From the IMG/VR virus record IMGVR_UViG_3300022562_000354, positions 45,945-109,944 of that record: a stretch of DNA of 64,000 nucleotides. The stretch is one strand, 5' to 3'. Each line of letters opens with the position of its first letter. The first letter of the stretch is position 1. Below are positions 46,950 to 56,132 of this stretch, piece after piece. The notes beneath the pieces were generated by a model. That model saw only the letters and a list, made by a program, of their open reading frames with translations. It was not told the origin of the DNA and ran no database searches. Made by a program: the position numbers and the translations under genes. Origin of the DNA: a virus.

Positions 46950-49900
46950 TCAGCCTCCCACCGCTAGGAGTTTGATTAGGTTTTTCACGACCTTCTCTTG
47001 GTTCTTGATCCGCTCGGAGACGGCACGACCCTGCTTGACCAAAATGCCCTTCTCCAAGTTGATCCGGGCATCGATCCACGTGAACCTCTTGTCGTAGAGG
47101 CGCTCTCCTGAAGCCGTGAGCTTGTCGATCGTAGGCAAACCAGTCGAGTTAACGTAGGTCTGTCGTGCGAGCACCGTGGTCTCTCGCCCCGTCACGTCCG
47201 AAGGTCCAAACCCGAGGGCGAAGTATGAAGAGTCGACGACACCCGGTGGGACCAAGACATCTACGGGGGTCGAGAGCAGGTTGGCCCACGTCGAGATCGT
47301 CCCGTAGTATTCGTAGGTCGCTTTGCGGACAGCGAAGAGGTCTTTCAACGCCTTCGCGGACACTCCAAACGTCTTCACAACGCGGAAGGAAACGCCTGCT
47401 GGGAAGGCTGCGAACCCAGGGGAGTCGCTGATCTTCAACGTGGTCGCGTCCACGACCTCGCTGATTGTGTAGAGCCCCTCGTTCGTTTGAACTTGAGGGA
47501 GGTAAACGAGGTCTCCGACCTTTACGCCAGAAGCCAGGAAGTCCACCGAGATCCCGACAAGCGTGTCCGAGGCAGTTGCGTTTCCTGTGGCGACGGTCGG
47601 ACTGAGCCGATCGGTGAACACCTCCGCAAACACACCATCGATCGAGTTGATTTCGCTGTTTGAGTTGGTGAAGAGGATGCCAGCTTGGGCGGTGGCCGAA
47701 CCCGAGGAGAGCCCGCTGTAGGTGTTGAGCGAGTTGACGACACGGTAGGCGGCCGGTGTCGTGGCATCGGAGAAGGCGGCCGTGAGCGTGAGCTGAGTTG
47801 CAGAGATCACGGCGGCAACCTGTCGACGCTCAAGCTCCGCACCATGGGCGGGCTCGGTCAGAACAACCGTGTGCCCGGCCTGTACCCCGTTGCCCGTGAA
47901 GTTGGCTCCTGCATCGACGACCGTTGTTCCCGAGATGAACGAAAATGAGCCGGTTTGAAGCGGGGTGGCCGTCGTCACCAAGAAGTTGAAGCCCGTGTCT
48001 GTCACTGAAAACGGGACATCCACTGTGATTGTGCCGGCACCTACAGCCGAAATCCGCCTGAACTGCGTAAGCCCGTTCGCACCGTCAAGGATGCGAACCA
48101 AGTCCCCAACGAGGGGGAGCGGAGCGGCGAAGGTCGCCGTGATGATATCCGCCGTCCCATTCAACGAGCCTACGGCCGTGAACGGGGGCGTTGTGTACGT
48201 CTGAATAGACCCTCCCCCACCCACGTAGGACAGCTCGGTTTGGAGGAGGGTGGGTTTGGCTCCTGCCTCCGAGGTTGGAGCCACCTCCCTCGTGTACGTG
48301 GGGTTGATGAGGGGGAGCCTTTGGTCCCCGTCGTCATCGTAGGGCTGACCAAACAACCCCGGTGGGCGAGCCGGCTCGGTGAGCTGGTTGTTGTAGGTGA
48401 TCCCGGTTTGGAGAAGCTCCTCGCTGTTTGGCGTCTGGACGAGAAGCTCGGTCGCGATACCCACAACGGACCCATCAAAGGGAGGGTACGGTGTGACGTA
48501 GAGCAGGAAGCCCTTGTCCGCTTCCAGGGAGAGGTCGAACCCAATGCGGTAGCTCTTGGCGTAGGCCGTGTCCGAGGACGCCAAGTGAACCGTCGCCCCA
48601 GCGGGCACGGACCCTGGCAACGGAGTGGTGAAGCCCAGGGTGTTCGCCCCCACGGAGTTGATCGTCAGAGGCGAGCCTTCGGTCACGATGTAGGACCCGT
48701 TCTCGTTCCGAACGACTACCTTCATGCCGGTCGTGAAGGCTTTGCGCAGAGGGCCGGGCTTCGTCTCTACGGCAGCGGTCGTGTCAACGGTCAGACTGAA
48801 CGTCCCCGCACCCGCAGCGGTCGTCACACGGGCTCGTGGGAGGCGGCGGAAGGCCGTAGGGTCGGTTCCCGTGAGCTTCTTGGCCCCGAGGTCTAGGATC
48901 TCCGACTTGTCCTCGGCAGACGTGTCCAGACCCCCTGTCGTGTAGTTGTAGGTGATCTTGGCGGTTGGGTAGAACCGGCTGGAAGCGCTCGCCTCGTAGG
49001 TCTTGAGATAGGTCCCCAGGTACTTAAAGGGGGTGAGAGGAGGGGTGTAGTCGATCGGAAAGTCCGAGATTTTGAAGCTGTCGTCGATCTGATTGTTCGC
49101 GACGGCGAACGAGGAGACGACGGACCCCGTGGTCCCGTCGAACTTGAACCGACCATCCCAGTCCCCCACGATACGACCATCCATGTTCTGTAGGATGTCG
49201 TCGAGGAAGTTGGTCACATTGTTATAGAATTTCAGGTACTCCCGAGCGAGGAGGTCTTCGTTGGCGAGCCGCCCTTCAGGGAAGAATAGAGATTCAGCCC
49301 CTTTTTGGTAGAGCTTGGGGTCGGCCGAGTTTTCCGTGCGAGGCCCACCCCCACCAGACGAGGAGTCACTCTTGTACTGGTCCGCGACCTCGGCCTTGTA
49401 GTTCGTGATCGTCTCGATGCGGAAGTAGAAGGAATCCGGAGAGTAGGTGGAGAAGTTGGCGGCGAGCTTCTGGTTGACAAGCCCGTTAGCCTCGTTGGGG
49501 GTAACCGCACACGTGTAGGACGCTTTGAGCTGCCCCGGAGTGATGAACTCGTGCTTCGCGTAGAGGATGGAAAACTCCTCCATGGGGAGCAGCGGGCCTA
49601 CGAAGGTGAGGTTCCCAGCGTCGTCGATGCTGTAGTCGTCCGGAGTCTTGAGGATGACGCCAGGCTGCCCTTCGAGCTGTCGGAAGACCCGGACGTACTC
49701 TTGAATCGCCGTGTACGGCGGGGGGATGGCAGGGGACGCCGAGGTCTTGACCTTGACTGGAGCGCTCTCGAAAACAGGTCGGACCGAACGTCGCAACACA
49801 TGACCCGGAGACGTGTACTGACGCGCCGTGGCTTGCGTGAGAGTGACCTCAGTGCGGTTCAACGTAGCGTCGTAGGTCGACCCGGAGACGAGGTGAAAGT

Positions 49901-52900
49901 CATTGACCGTGGGTGACCCACCCGTGAGGTGGAGCACAATACCCGTTTGGTAGATGTTCGTCAGGTCACCCGCGAGCTTGATCTTGTTCATGCCTCGCGG
50001 GATGGGATCGAAGGCGGCCGACTCAACGATGAAGTAGGACGGCAGGAAAGGCAGGGAGGTCAATCGACAAGGCCCGGAGGAGACGAACAACTTGGGGCCG
50101 TTGAAAGAATCTCGAAATACTGCCGGGGCTTCGATGGTCACCGTGGTCTCATCGGCCCCTGAGTCGTAAGTGGACCCGGCGATGTAGTAGACCTGCTCGT
50201 CCGCGATTCTCAGCACGTGGTTCGCGGGGAACACGGTTGTTTGGTCCCCTTTCGCCTTGAAGCTGGTCTCCCCTTCCGTGATGTAGACCTTGAACAGATT
50301 GATCGAAGGCCGAAGAACCGAGGTCGTGTTCTCGCCTCCGATAGCGTTGTAAATGTAGTAGTCGATGTAGACGCGCTCGCTTGGGTCCACGATGGGGCCG
50401 TGGGGCAGCGCATCCGTGATCTTTGTCGCTCCCGACTTGGTGGGCAGCACGTCCGACAAGAACGTGATGATGGAGCTTTCAGGTGTGATCGTGACCTGGG
50501 TTTCGTCCTGCGGACGCCCCCCTCGATACACGGATGGGGCGGGCTCCAAGGCCACGTCCCTACCGAGAGGGTTGAAGGGGATCTGGGACGTCGGAACTGG
50601 ATGGTCCGTTAGCTCCTTACGGACCAAGAAGGTCGCTCGCTCCTCGATGACCCCTGGGTAGTTCTCGTCTGTCGAGGAGTACGTGACGAGAATCTCGTCC
50701 AACGAAAGGAGACGCTCGGTCGTCTGGATGAGGCCGAGAATCGGCTCAATCAGGTAGTCCTTGCTCTGCGTGAGCTTTCGTACCCAGTAGACATCCGACC
50801 CGCCCGTCACGTCGTCTTGGCTGAAATTCAGGTTCCCCGTGTCTTGACTAACCTCCACAGTCCCTTGAGAAAGCGAGGTGGGGGTCGTGAAGCTGGAATC
50901 ATCGGGGACAACCGTGAGGTCGTAGAAGGCGAGGTTGATCCGGAGGCGGGACACTCCGATTTGTTCGAGCGGGATGTTCAAACGAGGAGAGTTGGTGATC
51001 GCCCCGATCGACCGGATCTTCTCGACCTTCGTGTTGGGGTCGACAAGGATGGCCTCTTGGAAGTATCGATCGGCGACGATCTCCTTTCCTCGCCGAAACT
51101 CGAAACTGATGTTCGTATCGGCAACAGAGGCCGGGGGCTCGAACGTGACGTAGAGATCCGCTACCGTGTCGACCGTGTAAACGCCCTTGTTCGGACCCGA
51201 GAAGATGAAAAGTAGGTCCCCTGGCAGCACGCCAGCCCCAGCGAAGTCCGCCCCCACCTTGTTGAGCGAGTTGAGGGTGAAGATTGTCGCCCCTCCCCCA
51301 TCATGGATGAGCGCCCCGTCCGTCTCGATGAACGTGATCACGCCCGACATGGGCTCCAAGAGCACATCTTGGTTGAAGACCAGCGGCACGAACCCGAGCC
51401 CCTGATCCAATTCAAACGACGTGTACGAGGAGTAGACGAGGGGGTCCGGGAGCTGAATGACTCCCGTGGCGGTGGGGATCGAGACGATGTAGTCGTTTCG
51501 ACGGTTAGCGAAGTTGAACTGCTTTTGGTCGAAGTCGATCACGTAACCGATGCCAGAGGGAGGCGAGGGTACGTCGAGTCTTGGTAGGACACCCGTGAAC
51601 TGGCCCGTACCCTGCTTAATTTCGTAGGTCATGGGGTACGCTTCGTCGTCGATCGGCAAGACCGGCATGAAGACAAAGGGCGCCCCTACGATCGGGTCAG
51701 CGAAAATGGCATCAGTGGTCGTGTAGATCGCGTGCGTGTCCTTCAGGGCGGGATCCGCCGCATCCAAGTCCACGGGCGTTCGGAAAAGGCGAAGGGATAG
51801 ACCTCGTTCAAGGGGAAGGTCCCCAACGATTACCTCGGCTGCGTAAGAACCGTAGGCCGCGACGTCAGCCACGGAGAACTGGACAGCACCGCTCGTGTTG
51901 TCCACCTGCACTTCCCCCGACTTGCCGTTGGCATCGAAGACCGAAACACGGGTGAACGTGGCGAACTGCGTGATCCCCTTCTCGATCTGATAGGTCGCCG
52001 CATCTACCGATGGGAATTGCGGAGCAACCTTCAACTGGGTCTCTGAGACGACCTCGGAGATAGAACGCCGAGCCCCAGCGTAGGGGCCACCTGTTAGGAC
52101 GGCAACGTCCCCGACTTTCACCCCAGCCGTTTGGAACGTTGCCGAACCATCGGTCAGCGTAGCAGGGTCCGAGAAGGTTGCGCTTCCTGAAGGGAAGGCA
52201 GGGAGCGCCCGGAAGACCAAGTCAGCTCCGTAACTCGGAAGCGGAGAGACGTTGGAAGGGCTCGCCACCGTCCCGAGAGACTGGTGAGCTAGACGCTTCG
52301 CTCGCTCAAAGAGCACCCCATCGTAGTAGACGGACTCCCCCGTGTTGTTGGCGAGGTCGGTGGCGTTGAACTTCACGAGGCCCGTGTCCCGAGCCCACTC
52401 GAAGGTCCCCTGGACCGGGTTGACGGAGAAGCCGGCCTCCGTAGCCACATCGATCGGCGTCAACCATAGGCCGTACCCAAACCGAACGTTCGGCGTCTGG
52501 TAGGAGGCTCCAACCCCAACGCCAGGGATCGGGTTGAGCAGGATGTCATCCGTACCCGCCACGCCGATGACGCCGTTCGTATCGCGTGCCCCGAAGAACG
52601 TCTGTTGCTGGTAGTAGACTTTCTCCCCGTTGTACGTGACCACATCGGCGGGGTTCCAATTCAGGTTCCCCGTGTCCGAGCTAAGCTCTACCTCCCCCAC
52701 GGCAGGGGATCCGAACGAACCATCATCCGGGACAAGAGTGATGGGGAAGGTTGTCCCACTCCCGATCGAACCTACGGAAATCCGGTACGGGCTGAGGGAG
52801 AACGAAAAGGACGGGGGTAGCTTGACCTTGAGACGGGTGGTGTTGGCGTCAGGCGTGATGCTGCCTAGCTCCGCCCGCTTCTTTCCTTTGAGGGGGACGA

Positions 52901-53162
52901 ACCTGTTCTCCGCCCCATCGTAGTCGAAACGCTGGAAACCCGACTCGTTCTTGACCCAACCAAACTCGCAGTTGGGGAGGTCCCCGTCGACAACGACGAG
53001 GGTTAGGTACTCAACCCGCCCAGGATCCGATTCATCGAGCCCGAAGATGCTGTCGTACGTGACCTGATCGGAGATGAGGTTGTCCGGCGATGAGGTGAAC
53101 GGAGAGTTGGCACCACCGATGCGGGGTTTCTCAAGGACGTAACCAGCGAGATCGAAGCCCAT
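46950..53162 (-). CDS. Giant baseplate structural protein with repeated beta modules
   Basis: 2070 aa. Repeats such as GEVELSSDTGNLNWN, GTVEVSQDTGNLNFS, GTFEWARDTGLVKFN and GEVQVDNTSGAVQFS. Lies between the spike and wedge genes. Confidence 0.72.
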   Translation of the reverse strand: MGFDLAGYVLEKPRIGGANSPFTSSPDNLISDQVTYDSIFGLDESDPGRVEYLTLVVVDGDLPNCEFGWVKNESGFQRFDYDGAENRFVPLKGKKRAELGSITPDANTTRLKVKLPPSFSFSLSPYRISVGSIGSGTTFPITLVPDDGSFGSPAVGEVELSSDTGNLNWNPADVVTYNGEKVYYQQQTFFGARDTNGVIGVAGTDDILLNPIPGVGVGASYQTPNVRFGYGLWLTPIDVATEAGFSVNPVQGTFEWARDTGLVKFNATDLANNTGESVYYDGVLFERAKRLAHQSLGTVASPSNVSPLPSYGADLVFRALPAFPSGSATFSDPATLTDGSATFQTAGVKVGDVAVLTGGPYAGARRSISEVVSETQLKVAPQFPSVDAATYQIEKGITQFATFTRVSVFDANGKSGEVQVDNTSGAVQFSVADVAAYGSYAAEVIVGDLPLERGLSLRLFRTPVDLDAADPALKDTHAIYTTTDAIFADPIVGAPFVFMPVLPIDDEAYPMTYEIKQGTGQFTGVLPRLDVPSPPSGIGYVIDFDQKQFNFANRRNDYIVSIPTATGVIQLPDPLVYSSYTSFELDQGLGFVPLVFNQDVLLEPMSGVITFIETDGALIHDGGGATIFTLNSLNKVGADFAGAGVLPGDLLFIFSGPNKGVYTVDTVADLYVTFEPPASVADTNISFEFRRGKEIVADRYFQEAILVDPNTKVEKIRSIGAITNSPRLNIPLEQIGVSRLRINLAFYDLTVVPDDSSFTTPTSLSQGTVEVSQDTGNLNFSQDDVTGGSDVYWVRKLTQSKDYLIEPILGLIQTTERLLSLDEILVTYSSTDENYPGVIEERATFLVRKELTDHPVPTSQIPFNPLGRDVALEPAPSVYRGGRPQDETQVTITPESSIITFLSDVLPTKSGATKITDALPHGPIVDPSERVYIDYYIYNAIGGENTTSVLRPSINLFKVYITEGETSFKAKGDQTTVFPANHVLRIADEQVYYIAGSTYDSGADETTVTIEAPAVFRDSFNGPKLFVSSGPCRLTSLPFLPSYFIVESAAFDPIPRGMNKIKLAGDLTNIYQTGIVLHLTGGSPTVNDFHLVSGSTYDATLNRTEVTLTQATARQYTSPGHVLRRSVRPVFESAPVKVKTSASPAIPPPYTAIQEYVRVFRQLEGQPGVILKTPDDYSIDDAGNLTFVGPLLPMEEFSILYAKHEFITPGQLKASYTCAVTPNEANGLVNQKLAANFSTYSPDSFYFRIETITNYKAEVADQYKSDSSSGGGGPRTENSADPKLYQKGAESLFFPEGRLANEDLLAREYLKFYNNVTNFLDDILQNMDGRIVGDWDGRFKFDGTTGSVVSSFAVANNQIDDSFKISDFPIDYTPPLTPFKYLGTYLKTYEASASSRFYPTAKITYNYTTGGLDTSAEDKSEILDLGAKKLTGTDPTAFRRLPRARVTTAAGAGTFSLTVDTTAAVETKPGPLRKAFTTGMKVVVRNENGSYIVTEGSPLTINSVGANTLGFTTPLPGSVPAGATVHLASSDTAYAKSYRIGFDLSLEADKGFLLYVTPYPPFDGSVVGIATELLVQTPNSEELLQTGITYNNQLTEPARPPGLFGQPYDDDGDQRLPLINPTYTREVAPTSEAGAKPTLLQTELSYVGGGGSIQTYTTPPFTAVGSLNGTADIITATFAAPLPLVGDLVRILDGANGLTQFRRISAVGAGTITVDVPFSVTDTGFNFLVTTATPLQTGSFSFISGTTVVDAGANFTGNGVQAGHTVVLTEPAHGAELERRQVAAVISATQLTLTAAFSDATTPAAYRVVNSLNTYSGLSSGSATAQAGILFTNSNSEINSIDGVFAEVFTDRLSPTVATGNATASDTLVGISVDFLASGVKVGDLVYLPQVQTNEGLYTISEVVDATTLKISDSPGFAAFPAGVSFRVVKTFGVSAKALKDLFAVRKATYEYYGTISTWANLLSTPVDVLVPPGVVDSSYFALGFGPSDVTGRETTVLARQTYVNSTGLPTIDKLTASGERLYDKRFTWIDARINLEKGILVKQGRAVSERIKNQEKVVKNLIKLLAVGG

Positions 53163-53175
53163 TCGTTCCTCATCT

Positions 53176-53745
53176 TCATACGATCTTCCCGATACCTACA
53201 CCGCCACCAGGGGAGGGGCCGGGAGCCCCAGCAATCGGCACCGGAACGGTGAACGCTTGCAGGGCGATCTGGAGAGCAAGAGAGATGGCGTTGCACTTTT
53301 GGACAGCACTCGGACCTGTCATTCCCACGGACGCTAACCCTGCTTGCAAAGAAGAAAAAGCGGGCGGCCCGAGGACCCGAGCCAAGCCGACCCCACCCCC
53401 GCACCCAGCGTGAACCGAGATCATGAGCCCTTGCGCAAATCCGGCTGCCAACCCGAGGCCGAGCCCCGTCGCCTCCAGAGGGGCCATGGGTCCAAGCTGA
53501 CCGTTGGCTGCATACGCTGCGATGAGGTTGCCGATCAACAAAGGGGGAGGAACGGCGAACGGAGCCGAACTGACCCCGGCCCCGATAGCCCCCGTGTCGG
53601 TCGTTTGGACGATGAGCTGAGGAACCCAGATCATGAGCCCGGTACCGATACCCAAGGCTAGCTTCGGGGTGGCGGGGCCGAGCATCGCGCCTCCAATGAG
53701 GCCAACCGTGATCGCTGCCGTGAGGTTGACGGGGGTGAGCGGCAT
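53176..53745 (-). CDS. Very apolar Gly/Ala/Pro-rich protein at the spike-tip gene position
   Basis: 189 aa with only about six charged residues. Downstream of the spike gene. Confidence 0.65.
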   Translation of the reverse strand: MPLTPVNLTAAITVGLIGGAMLGPATPKLALGIGTGLMIWVPQLIVQTTDTGAIGAGVSSAPFAVPPPLLIGNLIAAYAANGQLGPMAPLEATGLGLGLAAGFAQGLMISVHAGCGGGVGLARVLGPPAFSSLQAGLASVGMTGPSAVQKCNAISLALQIALQAFTVPVPIAGAPGPSPGGGVGIGKIV

Positions 53746-53918
53746 CAGGCGGCCTTCTGGTTCAAGTAATCGGCGAGACGCCGGAAGACCTCGGAGTCCG
53801 TACAGTTCTGCTTCATCGTGTTCGCGAAATGGCTGATCACGGCGATGTTGCCGGGGACGTAACCCAACGAAGATTGAGTCACCACCATTGAACGATTAGC
53901 GATCCGCTCATAAGTCAT
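53745..53918 (-). pseudogene. Truncated HNH-type homing endonuclease remnant (57 codons)
   Basis: Hand translation: MTYERIANRSMVVTQSSLGYVPGNIAVISHFANTMKQNCTDSEVFRRLADYLNQKAA*. It matches the C-terminal 'GY..GN...IS..AN..K' HNH motif and lacks the upstream CxxC/SLDRID part. Confidence 0.7.
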
Positions 53919-53921
53919 TGA

Positions 53922-56132
53922 TTACACACTTCTTATCAAGGCGCACCCTTGGAGCGGAAGCGACGTGATCCAATCCAGCGAAGGGCTACCAGGGGGGTGC
54001 ATTGGAAGGCCACGGCACACCCCGAGGACTGCGGCTGGGCCTCCAAGAAGGACTTGAACCGAGGTTAGGTTGATGGCGACGGCTGCCGTGAGGTTCATGG
54101 CGAGCCCGGCTGTGATGGCGACGGCGCCAGCACCAGCGGTGAGAGACAGAGCGCCAGCGCCGGTCGTCACCGAAATGGCACCGGCTCCGGTTGTGACGTT
54201 GATGGCACCGGCTCCAACGTTGATGGTGAAGGCCCCAGCCGCATTGTTGAAGGTCGTAGCCCCAGCCGCCACCGTGGTTGTCTTGGCGCCGGCCAAGAGA
54301 GTTTCCGTTACCGCACCAGCCAAAACCGTTGTGAGACGACCACCCAGGGCGATCGTCTCCATGATCTGCATGGCGTAGTTCGCTTGGGTCTTCCCTGAGA
54401 TGAGGAGGTTTAGCTCCCCAGCGTTGAGGGTATACCCACTGAAAGCGTTGACGTTACCTCGGCTGCACTGGAGAGCGTACCCGCCTGAAACCTTCTTGGA
54501 GTAGGCCCCGTTGACGATCTGTACGTCGTTGCCCGAGATGGTCGTCTCATCGTTGCCGACGATGTTGGCGCTTCGAGCTACGTCATCCGTGTCCGGAACA
54601 CCCGTGTAGTTGGTTTGGACGGAGCTGTGGTAGTGCGTCGTGATCGCCTTACCGTTGGCGTCAGACCCTACGTCGAGGTGGATACCGCCTTCGAGAGACA
54701 GGTGGACCGAAACCTTGTCCGGAGCGGCAGCTCCGATGCGAGCCTTGAAGGCACCTCCAAGGTTGGCTTCACACGAGATGTTGGTGGTCGACTGGTTCTC
54801 GACGGTTGAGCCAGGGATGTTGACGAACACCTTGCCCTGCTTCATGACCGAGACAGCGAACTTGTCCTTCGATCCAGCCCTCGGGGGGTTGATTTGGAGC
54901 AGGTAGGCCGCCGCCATGGTCAGGGCCTCGTCGACCCCGACACTCGGAGGGCGAGCGGCTTCTTCCATACGAAAGCCCGTAGGAGCCTTGAGTTGGTGGA
55001 AGTCCTCAAAGAGCTTGGGCTTGAGGGGTCGTGCGTACTGCCTCTGACCTAGCGTTGAAAACTGGTCGTTTCCGATGACCGTACCAAAGACCTGCTCGAT
55101 GTACGCTCGGGGGCGATCGATCTGGAAACCGTCGATCTCCTCCAGCACTTGCTGTTGGAGATCCGTATCGTGGCTCATCTCCAGGCGGCGTTCGGTGAAC
55201 GCCCGCATGTTACCGCCCGTCCGACCCGTACCATCAGGACCAAGAGCGTCCTCGAAGTTGGTGGCTGGGTACTCCGAAGGGTAGAAGACCTGGCGGTTGT
55301 TGGAGTACGTGAGAGTCGGGAACTCCGTCTCGTCGTTGATCCGGTCGAGAATGGTCCCCGTGCTCGTGTTGATGAACGTATTGGAGCCGATCCCCGCTTG
55401 CCCTAGCTCATCACGCCCGTAGTACCTATCGTCCTCGGTACGAACCGTTCGACTGAAGCTCCCATCGGCCTCTTGCTTGAAGATTTCAAGGGGGAGGTTC
55501 ATACCTCCCCGTCGAGCGGCCCCGGAAAACAAGTAGCAAGCCGAGTCCGATTCAACCCGGTGAAGAGCCTGAGAGACCAAGGTTCGGTCCACCGACCGAA
55601 GCTCGAAGAGGTCACCTGCTTGATTGGCGAACTTCACGTCCGCAGACAGGTGCATCTCTGAGCCCGCAGCGCTCATCCCCATCACATCACCGGGACGCCC
55701 CATGATGCGCTTGTAGCGAATGGGCTTGCCGAAGTGAGCCTCAACCCCCTCCGCATCTTCGGGTTCAATGGAGTCCGGGTTGACGGGCGCCCACGGGTCG
55801 AAACGCATACCGGCGAGATTGCCGGAGGGGATGTACCCGAGGATCACTACGTCGTAGATTTGCTTTTGGCGCTTACGGTAGGCCACGTGGACAACCGACC
55901 CAACCTCGGGGATGCCCCCGAGGAAGCTCCGAGGGCCGCACATGGCTTGCGTGAGGTCGATCTCGAAGCGTTCTTCGCTGCCCGTGACAATCCTGAGATC
56001 CGCCTTCATGTGGATCTCATCCACGCGGGTCAAGATGCCGATCTTGGTCCCAGAGAACTTGGTCGGGTCGTCTCCGCTGGCAAACTCCTTACCGGGGATT
56101 CGACCTACAGGCTGCCTGGGGTGCGCCATCAC
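53922..56132 (-). CDS. Central baseplate spike (gp5/VgrG/gpV-like: OB-fold plus beta-helix)
   Basis: N-terminal OB-fold pattern (GIL..VD...GIPEVGSVV...VILGY). C-terminal IVGNDETT/ISGNDVQI/VNGAYSKK/VSGGYALQ octads followed by AGA repeats. Confidence 0.82.
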   Translation of the reverse strand: MMAHPRQPVGRIPGKEFASGDDPTKFSGTKIGILTRVDEIHMKADLRIVTGSEERFEIDLTQAMCGPRSFLGGIPEVGSVVHVAYRKRQKQIYDVVILGYIPSGNLAGMRFDPWAPVNPDSIEPEDAEGVEAHFGKPIRYKRIMGRPGDVMGMSAAGSEMHLSADVKFANQAGDLFELRSVDRTLVSQALHRVESDSACYLFSGAARRGGMNLPLEIFKQEADGSFSRTVRTEDDRYYGRDELGQAGIGSNTFINTSTGTILDRINDETEFPTLTYSNNRQVFYPSEYPATNFEDALGPDGTGRTGGNMRAFTERRLEMSHDTDLQQQVLEEIDGFQIDRPRAYIEQVFGTVIGNDQFSTLGQRQYARPLKPKLFEDFHQLKAPTGFRMEEAARPPSVGVDEALTMAAAYLLQINPPRAGSKDKFAVSVMKQGKVFVNIPGSTVENQSTTNISCEANLGGAFKARIGAAAPDKVSVHLSLEGGIHLDVGSDANGKAITTHYHSSVQTNYTGVPDTDDVARSANIVGNDETTISGNDVQIVNGAYSKKVSGGYALQCSRGNVNAFSGYTLNAGELNLLISGKTQANYAMQIMETIALGGRLTTVLAGAVTETLLAGAKTTTVAAGATTFNNAAGAFTINVGAGAINVTTGAGAISVTTGAGALSLTAGAGAVAITAGLAMNLTAAVAINLTSVQVLLGGPAAVLGVCRGLPMHPPGSPSLDWITSLPLQGCALIRSV
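54105..54320 (-). repeat. Eight degenerate 27-bp (9-aa AGAxxxxxx) coding repeats
   Basis: AGAVTETLL AGAKTTTVA AGATTFNNA AGAFTINVG AGAINVTTG AGAISVTTG AGALSLTAG AGAVAITAG. Confidence 0.85.

Noticed and set aside
53745-53990. Stop-codon readthrough fusing the spike (…PSLDW…) to the HNH fragment to rebuild a nuclease
   Set aside because: PSLD lies far further from GYVPGN than in real HNH motifs, and TAA is a poor readthrough codon. The resemblance is probably coincidental.
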